Positions 1-8,131 of a stretch of DNA of 16,997 nt are shown in pieces. The stretch comes from a bacterium (GTDB lineage Bacteria > Hydrothermota > 32-111): the NCBI GenBank assembly GCA_046484245.1, contig JAWOBN010000004.1:1-16997 (forward strand). The letters run 5' to 3'. The notes under the pieces were generated by a model. It searched no databases and was not told the origin of the DNA. It worked only from the letters and a program-made list of their open reading frames with translations. The translations under genes were made by a program, and so were the position numbers. The stretch's first letter is position 1; every line of letters begins with the position of its first letter.

Positions 1-402
1 AATGCGTAATGCGTGATGCGGGGTGCGTAAAGAAGGTAAGAGACGCGAGACGCGGGACGCGAGTCTGAATGGCGAGCGGGAAGAAATAAGAGAGAACAAT
101 GTACAATGATACTTTCGTGTGATACGTGTGAATACGAGAGCGAATAGAGCGAATAGGGAAAGAAGGTAAAAGGTAAAAGAAATCGGGAACAAGTTCCCTC
201 ACGTACAATGGAAAACGTACAACGTACAACGACGGATAGGATAATGAGCAGAATGTATGTAGGGGAGGGGTAGGAGTCGCGAGACGCGAGACGCGAGTCT
301 GAATGGCGAGCGGGAAGAAGTAGGATCGTACAACGGAAAACGGAAAACGGAAAACGAAGACCGGCCGGAGCCGGGTCAATGATGGATGATTGATAGTCAA
401 TG
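1..402. repeat. Mosaic of short tandem-repeat modules (mostly 7-mers, some 9-mers) separated by purine-rich linkers; probably continues left of the window
   Basis: Modules read directly: (AATGCGT)-like x4 at 1-28; (GAGACGC) x3 at 40-60 and 274-294; (GWACAAT) x2 at 94-107; (AGAGCGAAT) x2 at 137-154; (AAGGTAA) x2 at 163-176; CGTACAA/TGGAAAA x5 at 202-236; CGTACAA(CGGAAAA)x3 at 327-354; GGGTCAA-TGATGGA-TGATTGA-TAGTCAA at 373-400. Confidence 0.9.
40..319 (+). repeat. 46-bp direct repeat (40-85 and 274-319)
   Basis: GAGACGCGAGACGCGGGACGCGAGTCTGAATGGCGAGCGGGAAGAA vs GAGTCGCGAGACGCGAGACGCGAGTCTGAATGGCGAGCGGGAAGAA, 44/46 identical, 234 bp apart. Confidence 0.92.
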
Positions 403-466
403 TGATGAGCCCGCCATGAGAGAACTGAAATCAGAGGAATCCACTTATTGCTCCACATGCATATTC

Positions 467-595
467 ACCAGTCACCAGCATACCAGTCACAAGTCACTAT
501 CTCACTATGCGTTCTACACGCTCTACTCGTTCTCCTCGTTCTGCATCACCACGCATAACGCAACACGCAACACGCATTACGCATAACGCATTACG
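467..595. repeat. Tandem-repeat modules in the opposite (C-rich) orientation
   Basis: (ACCAGTC)-like x4 at 467-495; 9-mer (CTCGTTCTN)-like x4 at 508-543; (ACGCAWH) x6 at 551-592, which is the reverse complement of the module at 1-28. Confidence 0.9.
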
Positions 596-602
596 ATAAT
601 GC

Positions 603-630
603 TTGACAATTGAGGGGATATCCATAAAAT
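603..630 (+). promoter_or_regulatory. Sigma70-type promoter for tRNA-Leu
   Basis: TTGACA (603-608), 16-bp spacer, TAAAAT (625-630), 11 nt before the tRNA. Confidence 0.75.
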
Positions 631-641
631 AATCAATTCAT

Positions 642-725
642 GCCGGAGTGGCGGAATTGGTAGACGCGGTGGTCTCAAAAACCGCTGGTGGTAACACTGT
701 ATCGGTTCAACTCCGATCTCCGGCA
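642..725 (+). tRNA. tRNA-Leu (anticodon CAA), CCA not encoded
   Basis: Acceptor stem GCCGGAG/CTCCGGC plus discriminator A; D-arm with GG; anticodon stem GTGGT/ACCGC with loop CTCAAAA; long variable arm GGTG-GTAA-CACT (class II); T-arm ATCGG-TTCAACT-CCGAT. Confidence 0.96.
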
Positions 726-731
726 TTTAAC

Positions 732-759
732 TTGACAATTGACATTTAAGACATATAAT
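732..759 (+). promoter_or_regulatory. Consensus sigma70 promoter for rpmB
   Basis: TTGACA (732-737), 16 bp, TATAAT (754-759); SD AGGAG at 785-789. Confidence 0.8.
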
Positions 760-795
760 AAGCTATCAAAGATAATTAATAATCAGGAGTTAAGA

Positions 796-987
796 ATGGC
801 TAAAAGATGTGAAATTTGCGGGAAAGGACCGCAATTCGGCAAACAGGTATCGCATTCACATAGAACCTCAAATAAGGTCAGGTATCCTAATCTAAGGCAT
901 ATTAAAGCCAAGATAAACGGAACCGTGAAATATATACATGTTTGTACCCGCTGTCTCAGAAGCGGAAAAGTTGAAAAAGCAGTGTGA
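796..987 (+). CDS. rpmB: 50S ribosomal protein L28 (zinc-ribbon form)
   Basis: MAKRCEICGKGPQFGKQVSHSHRTSNKVRYPNL...VCTRCLRSGKV matches the L28 signature. True start is ATG 796 after the SD, not the TTG at 739. Confidence 0.96.
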   Translation: MAKRCEICGKGPQFGKQVSHSHRTSNKVRYPNLRHIKAKINGTVKYIHVCTRCLRSGKVEKAV

Positions 988-991
988 AGTG

Positions 992-1020
992 TTGACAACA
1001 ATCATTGCGGCAGTTATATT
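992..1020 (+). promoter_or_regulatory. Sigma70-type promoter for the long operon
   Basis: TTGACA (992-997), 17 bp, TATATT (1015-1020); extra TATAAT at 1025-1030; SD AGGAG at 1036-1040. Confidence 0.7.
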
Positions 1021-1045
1021 ATCCTATAATCATATAGGAGTATAA

Positions 1046-2137
1046 ATGAAAAAGAAATTGATAATAATAAGTTTTTTAATGTTCTTTACAGCAGTATCAG
1101 TCTTTTCAACCGCCTCCCAGGCAGGAATGATCTTTTTAATGATCTATCCCGGCGCAAGAGCCATGGCAATGGGCGGTGCATCAGCAGCTTTAGCTGACGA
1201 TGCATATGCCAATTACTATAATCCTGCGGGGTTGGGTTTGCAGGACAAGAAAGATGTGGTACTTCAGCATGTCAACTGGCTGTCAGAGCTTGCCCCCGAT
1301 ATGTATTATGAATACTTCGGCGGCACACTCCCGACACAATACGGTAATTTCGGCGCGGAGATCATATATCTCACAACAGGTGAGGCATATGCGACTGATG
1401 CTGATGACCCTACCGGCAGGTGGAAGCCTTTTGATTTTGCTTTGAGTATTTCATATGCTTACCCGATCAACGAGAATCTCGCTGTAGGTGCTTCAGGCAA
1501 GTTCATCTATTCATTCCTTGCACCCGAATGGGTTGTAAGGTCCTACCTCAACGAATCAACGGGCGGTCAGGCTCAAACCCTGGCTCTGGACCTCGGTGTT
1601 TTATACAAATTGAATGATGCGGTCAATTTCGGTGCCTCTATCAGTAATATAGGTCCCGAGATATCGTATCTTGACAATCCCGAGACCACTGACCCGCTTC
1701 CGACAGCACTCAGGGTAGGAGCCAAATACACAGTATTTGAGAATGAATTGAACTCCATAATGCTTGCTTCAGACCTGACAAAGGTTTTTGCAGGCAGTCC
1801 TGATTCAATGACATGGGGCTTCTCCCCCGGTGACTTGTTCACAAGAGCAAGGATACTCAGGGATGGAGGAGATGTGTCAGCTGATTCAGTGTATGTCACA
1901 GACCTGGAGAAAGAGATTCTTGACACCTGGATAAGTATTGGAGCAGAGTATGTGTACTACAACCTGCTTGCAGTGCGAGGCGGATATTTTATTGACTACT
2001 GGGGAAAGAGAATAGGATACACTTTCGGTGGAGGTCTCATTATAAACAATGCAATACGCATTGACATAGGTGTGGATAGTGACATCTATGATTTTGATAC
2101 TTCAAATTACCGATTGTCCGTCGGATTCAGGTTCTAG
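1046..2137 (+). CDS. PorV/PorQ-family (FadL-like) outer-membrane beta-barrel protein
   Basis: Signal peptide; FLMIYPGARAMAMGGA...DDAYANYYNPAGL N-terminal motif typical of PorV-like proteins; DPLPTALRVG motif; alternating beta-strands; C-terminal Phe (YRLSVGFRF). Confidence 0.82.
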   Translation: MKKKLIIISFLMFFTAVSVFSTASQAGMIFLMIYPGARAMAMGGASAALADDAYANYYNPAGLGLQDKKDVVLQHVNWLSELAPDMYYEYFGGTLPTQYGNFGAEIIYLTTGEAYATDADDPTGRWKPFDFALSISYAYPINENLAVGASGKFIYSFLAPEWVVRSYLNESTGGQAQTLALDLGVLYKLNDAVNFGASISNIGPEISYLDNPETTDPLPTALRVGAKYTVFENELNSIMLASDLTKVFAGSPDSMTWGFSPGDLFTRARILRDGGDVSADSVYVTDLEKEILDTWISIGAEYVYYNLLAVRGGYFIDYWGKRIGYTFGGGLIINNAIRIDIGVDSDIYDFDTSNYRLSVGFRF

Positions 2138-2138
2138 A

Positions 2139-2990
2139 GTGGATTTAATATTAAATATTAATAAGAACCCCGGCCATTCATCATTCTCTGTCATCAGGAA
2201 ACTGAAGAGTAAGTATAATCTCAAGAAATGCGGTTATACCGGCACTCTTGACCCTTTTGCAAGCGGTGTTCTGCCTGTTTTCTGCGGCAATTTTACAAAA
2301 CTCATCCCCTTTATTCAAAATAAAATCAAGACATACAGATTCAATATTGCATTCGGCTATGAGACCGATTCCCTGGATATTACCGGGGAGGTAGTGAAGA
2401 GAACCGACAGTGTATCTGTATCACTCAAAAATATTGAAGAGACAATAGAGAGGTGTTTCAGCGGTGTTTTCATGCAGCGACCGCCCAGATTCTCCGCATT
2501 GAAGGTCAATGGCAGGAGGGCGTATAAAATGGCAAAGCAGGGCAAGGAATTCACAATGGATGAAAAAGAAGTGAAACTCCTTGAGTACAATGATATTAAG
2601 CTTTATGAAGGCGGTTTTACGGGATCTATAACTGTTGAAAGCGGGTTCTATGTGCGCGCTTTTGCCAGGGATATAGGCAGGGAGCTCGGTACACCGGCAA
2701 CACTTGTACAGCTTGAGAGAACAGCTGACTCATTCTTTGATATATCCGGCAGTGTCAGTGAGGACACAGTGAGTCCCGGTGACTCTATTGATATAGAGCA
2801 GTTTGCCTCGCGTAATATGATAATGAAGTATGCTTCAGGCAGTGTGCTCAGTAAATTGAGAAACGGTATGGAGGTCTTTGACCCGGATTTGCCTGAGGGC
2901 AGATACATGATGGCTGACAGAGAGATGGAGACAATTATAATAGCAGATGCAGGAGAGCATATAATTAAAACAAAGAGAGTAATCAGATGA
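2139..2990 (+). CDS. truB: tRNA pseudouridine(55) synthase
   Basis: NKNPG motif I, G(Y)TGTLDPFASGVL motif II with catalytic Asp, ETDSLDITG, PPRFSALKVNGRRAY, GFYVRAFARDIG. GTG start at 2139 just after the upstream stop. Confidence 0.93.
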   Translation: MDLILNINKNPGHSSFSVIRKLKSKYNLKKCGYTGTLDPFASGVLPVFCGNFTKLIPFIQNKIKTYRFNIAFGYETDSLDITGEVVKRTDSVSVSLKNIEETIERCFSGVFMQRPPRFSALKVNGRRAYKMAKQGKEFTMDEKEVKLLEYNDIKLYEGGFTGSITVESGFYVRAFARDIGRELGTPATLVQLERTADSFFDISGSVSEDTVSPGDSIDIEQFASRNMIMKYASGSVLSKLRNGMEVFDPDLPEGRYMMADREMETIIIADAGEHIIKTKRVIR

Positions 2991-3919
2991 AACTCTATCA
3001 TGGTATAGAATCCATAGACAGGTTGCCGGAGAATACGGTGATTACCATAGGTTCTTTTGACGGCGTGCATCTCGGTCATATGGAGCTCCTCAGAAAGGTT
3101 CATGACATTGCAAAACAGGGTGACAGACAGTCGCTTATAATCACTTTCAATCCCCATCCCCAGACAGTGCTGCAGGAAGTGGAAAGTAATTTTCTCATTA
3201 CATCCATTGAGGAGCGTATTGAACTGATAGACAGAACCGGACTTATTGACAATCTGCTTGTACTTAAATTTGACAAGAGTTTCTCCGAGCTGGAACCGAA
3301 AGATTTCATAGATACAATCATCATGGGTATGGTTAAACCGTCGCATATTGTAATGGGATATGATGCCCATTTCGGCAAAGACAGGATGGGGGATATCATT
3401 TACCTCAAGAATATCACGCAGAGAAGGAATATAACTGTGGATATTGTAGAGCCCTTTATCATGAGCGAGGAGCCTGTTTCCAGTACAATGATAAGGAAGT
3501 TTCTGAGGTTCGGCAAGATAAAGGAGGCAAACAGGATACTGGGGTATGATTACTTTATAAAGGGGCATGTTGTGAAAGGTGAGGGCAGAGGCGCACTGCT
3601 CGGTTTCCCCACAGCAAACATTGAACTCTTTGATGAGATAAAGATACTGCCGCAGAACGGGGTCTATGCTGTAACAGTCGGGTACAATGGCGAGAAACAC
3701 AGGGGCATAATGAATATCGGGAGCAGACCGACATTTGAAGACGGTGATATGACCATTGAAGTCCATATACTGGACCTGAGCGAGAATCTCTACGGCTCAC
3801 TGCTCAAGATTCATTTTATTGACAGGATAAGGGATGAGGTGAAATTTGAGGATAATGAGAAATTGATAGAACAATTGAAAATTGATATAGAAAAACAAAA
3901 AGAAATCCAAGGAGGATAA
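2987..3919 (+). CDS. ribF: Bifunctional riboflavin kinase / FAD synthetase
   Basis: [57 protein letters not shown] motifs; ATGA overlap with truB. Confidence 0.97.
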   Translation: MKLYHGIESIDRLPENTVITIGSFDGVHLGHMELLRKVHDIAKQGDRQSLIITFNPHPQTVLQEVESNFLITSIEERIELIDRTGLIDNLLVLKFDKSFSELEPKDFIDTIIMGMVKPSHIVMGYDAHFGKDRMGDIIYLKNITQRRNITVDIVEPFIMSEEPVSSTMIRKFLRFGKIKEANRILGYDYFIKGHVVKGEGRGALLGFPTANIELFDEIKILPQNGVYAVTVGYNGEKHRGIMNIGSRPTFEDGDMTIEVHILDLSENLYGSLLKIHFIDRIRDEVKFEDNEKLIEQLKIDIEKQKEIQGG

Positions 3920-3920
3920 A

Positions 3921-4190
3921 ATGTCACTTAACAAGGAAAAGAAAAACAAAATCATCAATGATTTTCAGCTCACTGAGAAAGACACCGGTTCACCTGAGGT
4001 GCAGATAGCACTGCTCACAGAGAGAATCACGATGATAACAGAGCATCTTCAGGAGCATAAGAAGGATATCCATTCAAGGAAGGGCCTTATACAGCTGGTA
4101 AGCAAGAGAAGGCGTCTTCTGGATTATTTGATGAAGAAGGATTTTGAACGCTACAAGAAGATACTGAAAGAACTTAATCTAAGAAGATAA
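3921..4190 (+). CDS. rpsO: 30S ribosomal protein S15
   Basis: [16 protein letters not shown]...[11 protein letters not shown]...KRRRLLDYL signature; SD GGAGG at 3911-3915. Confidence 0.98.
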   Translation: MSLNKEKKNKIINDFQLTEKDTGSPEVQIALLTERITMITEHLQEHKKDIHSRKGLIQLVSKRRRLLDYLMKKDFERYKKILKELNLRR

Positions 4191-4201
4191 TGGAGGAATT
4201 A

Positions 4202-6436
4202 ATGAAATATTCAGTTAATGGTCAGTATGGGGACAGAGAACTCCATATTGAAACAGGCAAGGCAGCCCGGCAGGCGAATGGTTCTGTTGTAGTTACAACA
4301 GGCGAGAATGTCATGCTTGTCACAGCAGTTGCATCAAGAGATAAGAAAGAGAATCAGGGGTTTTTCCCCCTCATGGTGGATTACAGGGAACAGTCATTTG
4401 CAACAGGCAAAATACCCGGCGGATTCATCAAGAGAGAGGGCAGGCCCAAGGATAAGGAGATACTTGCTTCCCGTCTCATAGACAGGCCTATCAGACCGCT
4501 GTTCCCCGATGATTTTCTCAATGAAACACAGATTGTCGCCAATCTGCTTTCAGCAGACGGAAAGATGGAAACAGATATACTCGGTGTTATTGGTGCAAGT
4601 GCTGCACTGATGCTTTCCGATATACCGTTCAATGGTCCTATAGGCGGAGCACGCATTGCAATTATCGGCGGCGAGATAGTTGCCAATCCCACATTTGAGG
4701 ATTTGCAGGATGCTGAACTGGACCTTGTTCTGGCAGGCACTGAAACAACTGTCACTACAATTGAAGCAGAAGGCAAGGAAGTCAGTGAGGATGATATGCT
4801 GCGCGCAATTGAAAAGGGTCATGAGATAATCAGGCAGTCCATAGAGATACAGAAGGAACTGCTCTCCAAATTTGACATCAAGAAGATGGACTATGAGCCG
4901 CACAGTATCAATGAGGACCTCAAGAAAGAGGCACTGGAACTGATTGACGAGAGGCTTGATGAGATAAATGCAATAAGAGATAAGCAGGAGAGAACCCATG
5001 CATACGGTGATTATGTCAAGTCATTAAAGGCAGAACTGGAAGAGAAGTATCCTGATGACATAAACAGGCTGAGAGATATTATTGATGATGAGCGCAAGAG
5101 AAGAATCAGGAAGAAGATGATTGAAGAAAAGGTGCGTTTGGACGGAAGGAAGTTTGACGAGATAAGAGATATATCATGTGAAGCCGGTCTTCTGCCGAGG
5201 GCACACGGTTCTGCACTCTTTACAAGGGGTGAGACACAGTCAATAGCAGGTCTTGCTCTGGGCACTGCCCAGGATGAGCAGATCATTGAGGAGCTTGTCG
5301 GAGAGACGAGCAAATCATTCATGCTTCATTATAATTTTCCCCCGTATTCAGTGGGTGAAGTTAAATTCCTCCGGGGACCCGGCAGAAGGGAAATCGGACA
5401 TGGTTATCTTGCAGAAAAGGCACTGGCAGCAGTGATACCGGCAGAGGACATATTCCCGTACACAATAAGAATTGTATCTGAGATACTTGAATCTAACGGT
5501 TCATCATCAATGGCAAGTGTGTGCTCCGGCTCAATCGCCCTGATGGATGCCGGAATTCCCGTGAAGACGCATGTTGCAGGTATTGCAATGGGTCTTGTGA
5601 GGAGTGATGAGGGCGATATCATTCTCACTGACATACTCGGTGAAGAGGACCACTACGGTGATATGGACTTCAAGGTCGCAGGAACAACAGAAGGCATTAC
5701 AGCCCTTCAGCTTGATACAAAGATACAGGGCATTGACACAGGTGTTCTGAGCAAGGGGTTTGCACAGGCAAAGGAAGCCAGACTGCATATTCTCAGCAAG
5801 ATGGAAGAGGCAATTGCACAGCCGCGCAAATCACTCAGTAAATATGCCCCCCGTCTCGTCACTGTAATGGTTGACAAGGAGAAGATAGGCAAGGTCATAG
5901 GTCCGGGCGGTAAGACAATAAGAGGCATCATTGAAGAGACAGGTGTCAAGATAGACATTGATGATGAAGGAAAGGTCACCATTGCTTCAGATGATGCAGA
6001 GGGACTCAAGGCAGCCCGCAAGATGATTGAGGATCTGACAAAGGAAGCAGAACCCGGAGAGATCTATACAGGCAAGATAGTCAAGATAACGGACTTTGGT
6101 GCATTCATAGAGATATTCCCCGGAACAGACGGCATGATGCATATATCAAAGTACTCTTATGATCATATCAAGGACCTGAGGGACCATATCAATGTCGGTG
6201 ATGAAATAAAGGTCAAGGTCACGCGCATAGACAAGCAGGGCAGAATTGACCTCTCCCGCAAGGCACTTATAGAAAGACCGGAAGGCGACAGCCACAGGAG
6301 CAACAGGAATTACAGGGGCGACAGAGACAAGAGAAGCGGCTCGGACAGAAGGGGCAGCTCTGACAGGCGCGGACATAAAGACAACAGGCATGACAGAAAA
6401 GACAGTGAGGATGGTAATAAAGATAAGGACAATTGA
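4202..6436 (+). CDS. pnp: Polyribonucleotide nucleotidyltransferase (PNPase)
   Basis: GKIPGGFIKREGRP, SRLIDRPIRPLF, RRE IGHG, ESNGSSSMAS, DMDFKVAGT, KH (IGPGGKTI) and S1 domains. ATG 4202 follows SD GGAGG (4192-4196); the in-frame ATG at 4190 is an alternative start. Confidence 0.97.
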   Translation: MKYSVNGQYGDRELHIETGKAARQANGSVVVTTGENVMLVTAVASRDKKENQGFFPLMVDYREQSFATGKIPGGFIKREGRPKDKEILASRLIDRPIRPLFPDDFLNETQIVANLLSADGKMETDILGVIGASAALMLSDIPFNGPIGGARIAIIGGEIVANPTFEDLQDAELDLVLAGTETTVTTIEAEGKEVSEDDMLRAIEKGHEIIRQSIEIQKELLSKFDIKKMDYEPHSINEDLKKEALELIDERLDEINAIRDKQERTHAYGDYVKSLKAELEEKYPDDINRLRDIIDDERKRRIRKKMIEEKVRLDGRKFDEIRDISCEAGLLPRAHGSALFTRGETQSIAGLALGTAQDEQIIEELVGETSKSFMLHYNFPPYSVGEVKFLRGPGRREIGHGYLAEKALAAVIPAEDIFPYTIRIVSEILESNGSSSMASVCSGSIALMDAGIPVKTHVAGIAMGLVRSDEGDIILTDILGEEDHYGDMDFKVAGTTEGITALQLDTKIQGIDTGVLSKGFAQAKEARLHILSKMEEAIAQPRKSLSKYAPRLVTVMVDKEKIGKVIGPGGKTIRGIIEETGVKIDIDDEGKVTIASDDAEGLKAARKMIEDLTKEAEPGEIYTGKIVKITDFGAFIEIFPGTDGMMHISKYSYDHIKDLRDHINVGDEIKVKVTRIDKQGRIDLSRKALIERPEGDSHRSNRNYRGDRDKRSGSDRRGSSDRRGHKDNRHDRKDSEDGNKDKDN

Positions 6437-7692
6437 TGAAGCAGAAGATCAGGTCATGCATATTCCCCAATGGGTCCAGGCTCATTGCTGAGGAAATGCC
6501 TTATCTGAAATCGTCCATTACAGGATTATTTGTGAAAATGGGCTCTGATTATGAGCCCTCTCACCTGAACGGCATATCGCATATGCTGGAGCATATGATT
6601 TTCAAAGGCACTCAGAACAGGGATGCAAAGGAAATAGCACTGGAAATAGAATCACTGGGCGGTGTGTTCAATGCATATACTGCCCGTGACCACACATGTT
6701 TCTACTTTATGTCGCTTCCAGGTGTTACTTCCGGGATTTTTGACATATTCCGCGATATCCTCTTTAGACCCCTGATACCCGAGGACCAGCTTGAACGCGA
6801 GAAGACAGTCATACTGGAGGAGCTCAAATCATCTGATGATGATCCCCAGGATGTGGTGTTCCAGAATCTCAATGAGATGATATTTGAAGACACACAGTAT
6901 GCAAAGACAATACTCGGTACTCGTGATACAATACGCTCTATTACAAGGGATGACATACTGGAATTCATGCATAATTTCTATACCAATAAAAACATATTCA
7001 CCACTTATGCAGGTCCTGCTGAGTTCAGTGAAGTGAAGAAAATGGTGAAATTCAAGAATAATAATGCAGAACACACTCCAAGGGTCAAGCATTTCAAGAG
7101 AATAAAGAAACAGACAGGCAGGAGGCATTACACATACAAACCCTCACTCTCGCAGTTTCACGCAGCAATGGGACTACAGGGTGTGAGATATGCGCACAGG
7201 GACAAATACCCGCTCCTTGTCCTCTCAACAATACTGGGCAGCGGCATGTCATCGCGTCTCTTCCGTTCACTGAGGGAGGATGCGGGTTATGTGTATGAGG
7301 TATTCTCATTTGTTGAGGCATTTTTTGACTCAGGTGTACTGGGCTTATACTTTATATGTGATCCGAGGAATTATCACAAGGCATTGGAACTGATAGAGAA
7401 GGAATTCAATGAGATGCAGAAAGGCAATATATCCGATGAGGAGATAAGAAAGGCAAAGACGCAGATCATATCATCCAGCACATTGAGTTTTGACACTATG
7501 ACAGGCAGATTGAGGTCCATTGCCCGTTCTGTGATGTATCATGACAAGATAAAGAGATACTCCACGAGAATAAATGCAATAAAATCCGTGACAAAAAATG
7601 ACCTGCAGAGGGTTGCAAGGAAATATCTTGACTATGATGAGTACAATATTGCACTTGCAGGAGGAAAGAGGAAATTCAGGGACTATGGATGA
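6436..7692 (+). CDS. M16 (pitrilysin) family zinc peptidase
   Basis: HMLEH (HxxEH) motif, FNAYTARDHTCFY, LGSGMSSRLF..LRE..GYVY; TGATG overlap with pnp; the pnp-M16-dut order is familiar. Confidence 0.93.
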   Translation: MKQKIRSCIFPNGSRLIAEEMPYLKSSITGLFVKMGSDYEPSHLNGISHMLEHMIFKGTQNRDAKEIALEIESLGGVFNAYTARDHTCFYFMSLPGVTSGIFDIFRDILFRPLIPEDQLEREKTVILEELKSSDDDPQDVVFQNLNEMIFEDTQYAKTILGTRDTIRSITRDDILEFMHNFYTNKNIFTTYAGPAEFSEVKKMVKFKNNNAEHTPRVKHFKRIKKQTGRRHYTYKPSLSQFHAAMGLQGVRYAHRDKYPLLVLSTILGSGMSSRLFRSLREDAGYVYEVFSFVEAFFDSGVLGLYFICDPRNYHKALELIEKEFNEMQKGNISDEEIRKAKTQIISSSTLSFDTMTGRLRSIARSVMYHDKIKRYSTRINAIKSVTKNDLQRVARKYLDYDEYNIALAGGKRKFRDYG

Positions 7693-8131
7693 GATTAGTG
7701 TAAAGATAAGGATAGAAAACGGCAGGGAACCTGTTTATATGACAGAGGGCTCTGCAGGAGCTGATATATTTTCAGCTGAAGAGAGGGTGATACAGCCGGG
7801 TGAGACAGCTCTGATAAAAACAGGCATATTCATAGCAGTGCCGGACGGGTATGAATGCCAGATAAGACCCAGAAGCGGGCTTGCACTGAAGAAACAGATA
7901 ACAATACTCAATTCACCCGGAACAATAGACAGTGATTACAGAGGGGAGGTCGGTATTATCATGCACAATCTCTCTGAGAACCCTTTCACTGTGAATAAGG
8001 ATGACAGGATTGCACAGATGGTATTTGCACCTGTAGTAAGAGCCCGGTTCATTGAATCGGATCTTGAGGATACCCAGAGGAGCAGCGGAGGATTCGGACA
8101 CACAGGCATAAACGGGAATAATGATGATTAA
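7685..8131 (+). CDS. dut: dUTP diphosphatase (trimeric)
   Basis: GSAGAD, QIRPRSGLA, NSPGTIDSDYRGE, DRIAQ, RSSGGFGHTG: all five motifs present; start ATG 7685. Confidence 0.96.
   Translation: MDEISVKIRIENGREPVYMTEGSAGADIFSAEERVIQPGETALIKTGIFIAVPDGYECQIRPRSGLALKKQITILNSPGTIDSDYRGEVGIIMHNLSENPFTVNKDDRIAQMVFAPVVRARFIESDLEDTQRSSGGFGHTGINGNNDD

Noticed and set aside
386..586. 66-aa ORF
   Set aside because: Translation of the repeat modules, low complexity, no SD, no recognisable family.
1..595. CRISPR array
   Set aside because: No constant 23-47 bp repeat with regular unique spacers; units are 7-9 bp tandem repeats; no cas genes in the window.
700..725. tRNA 3' end as an att site
   Set aside because: No duplicate of the tRNA 3' end noticed in the window and no integrase.
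739..795. N-terminal extension of L28 from TTG 739
   Set aside because: That TTG lies inside the promoter region; the SD and homology support ATG 796.
2648..3766. 372-aa antisense ORF and the other shadow ORFs inside genes
   Set aside because: They lie opposite or within well-supported genes (truB/ribF, pnp, etc.) and show no protein motifs.
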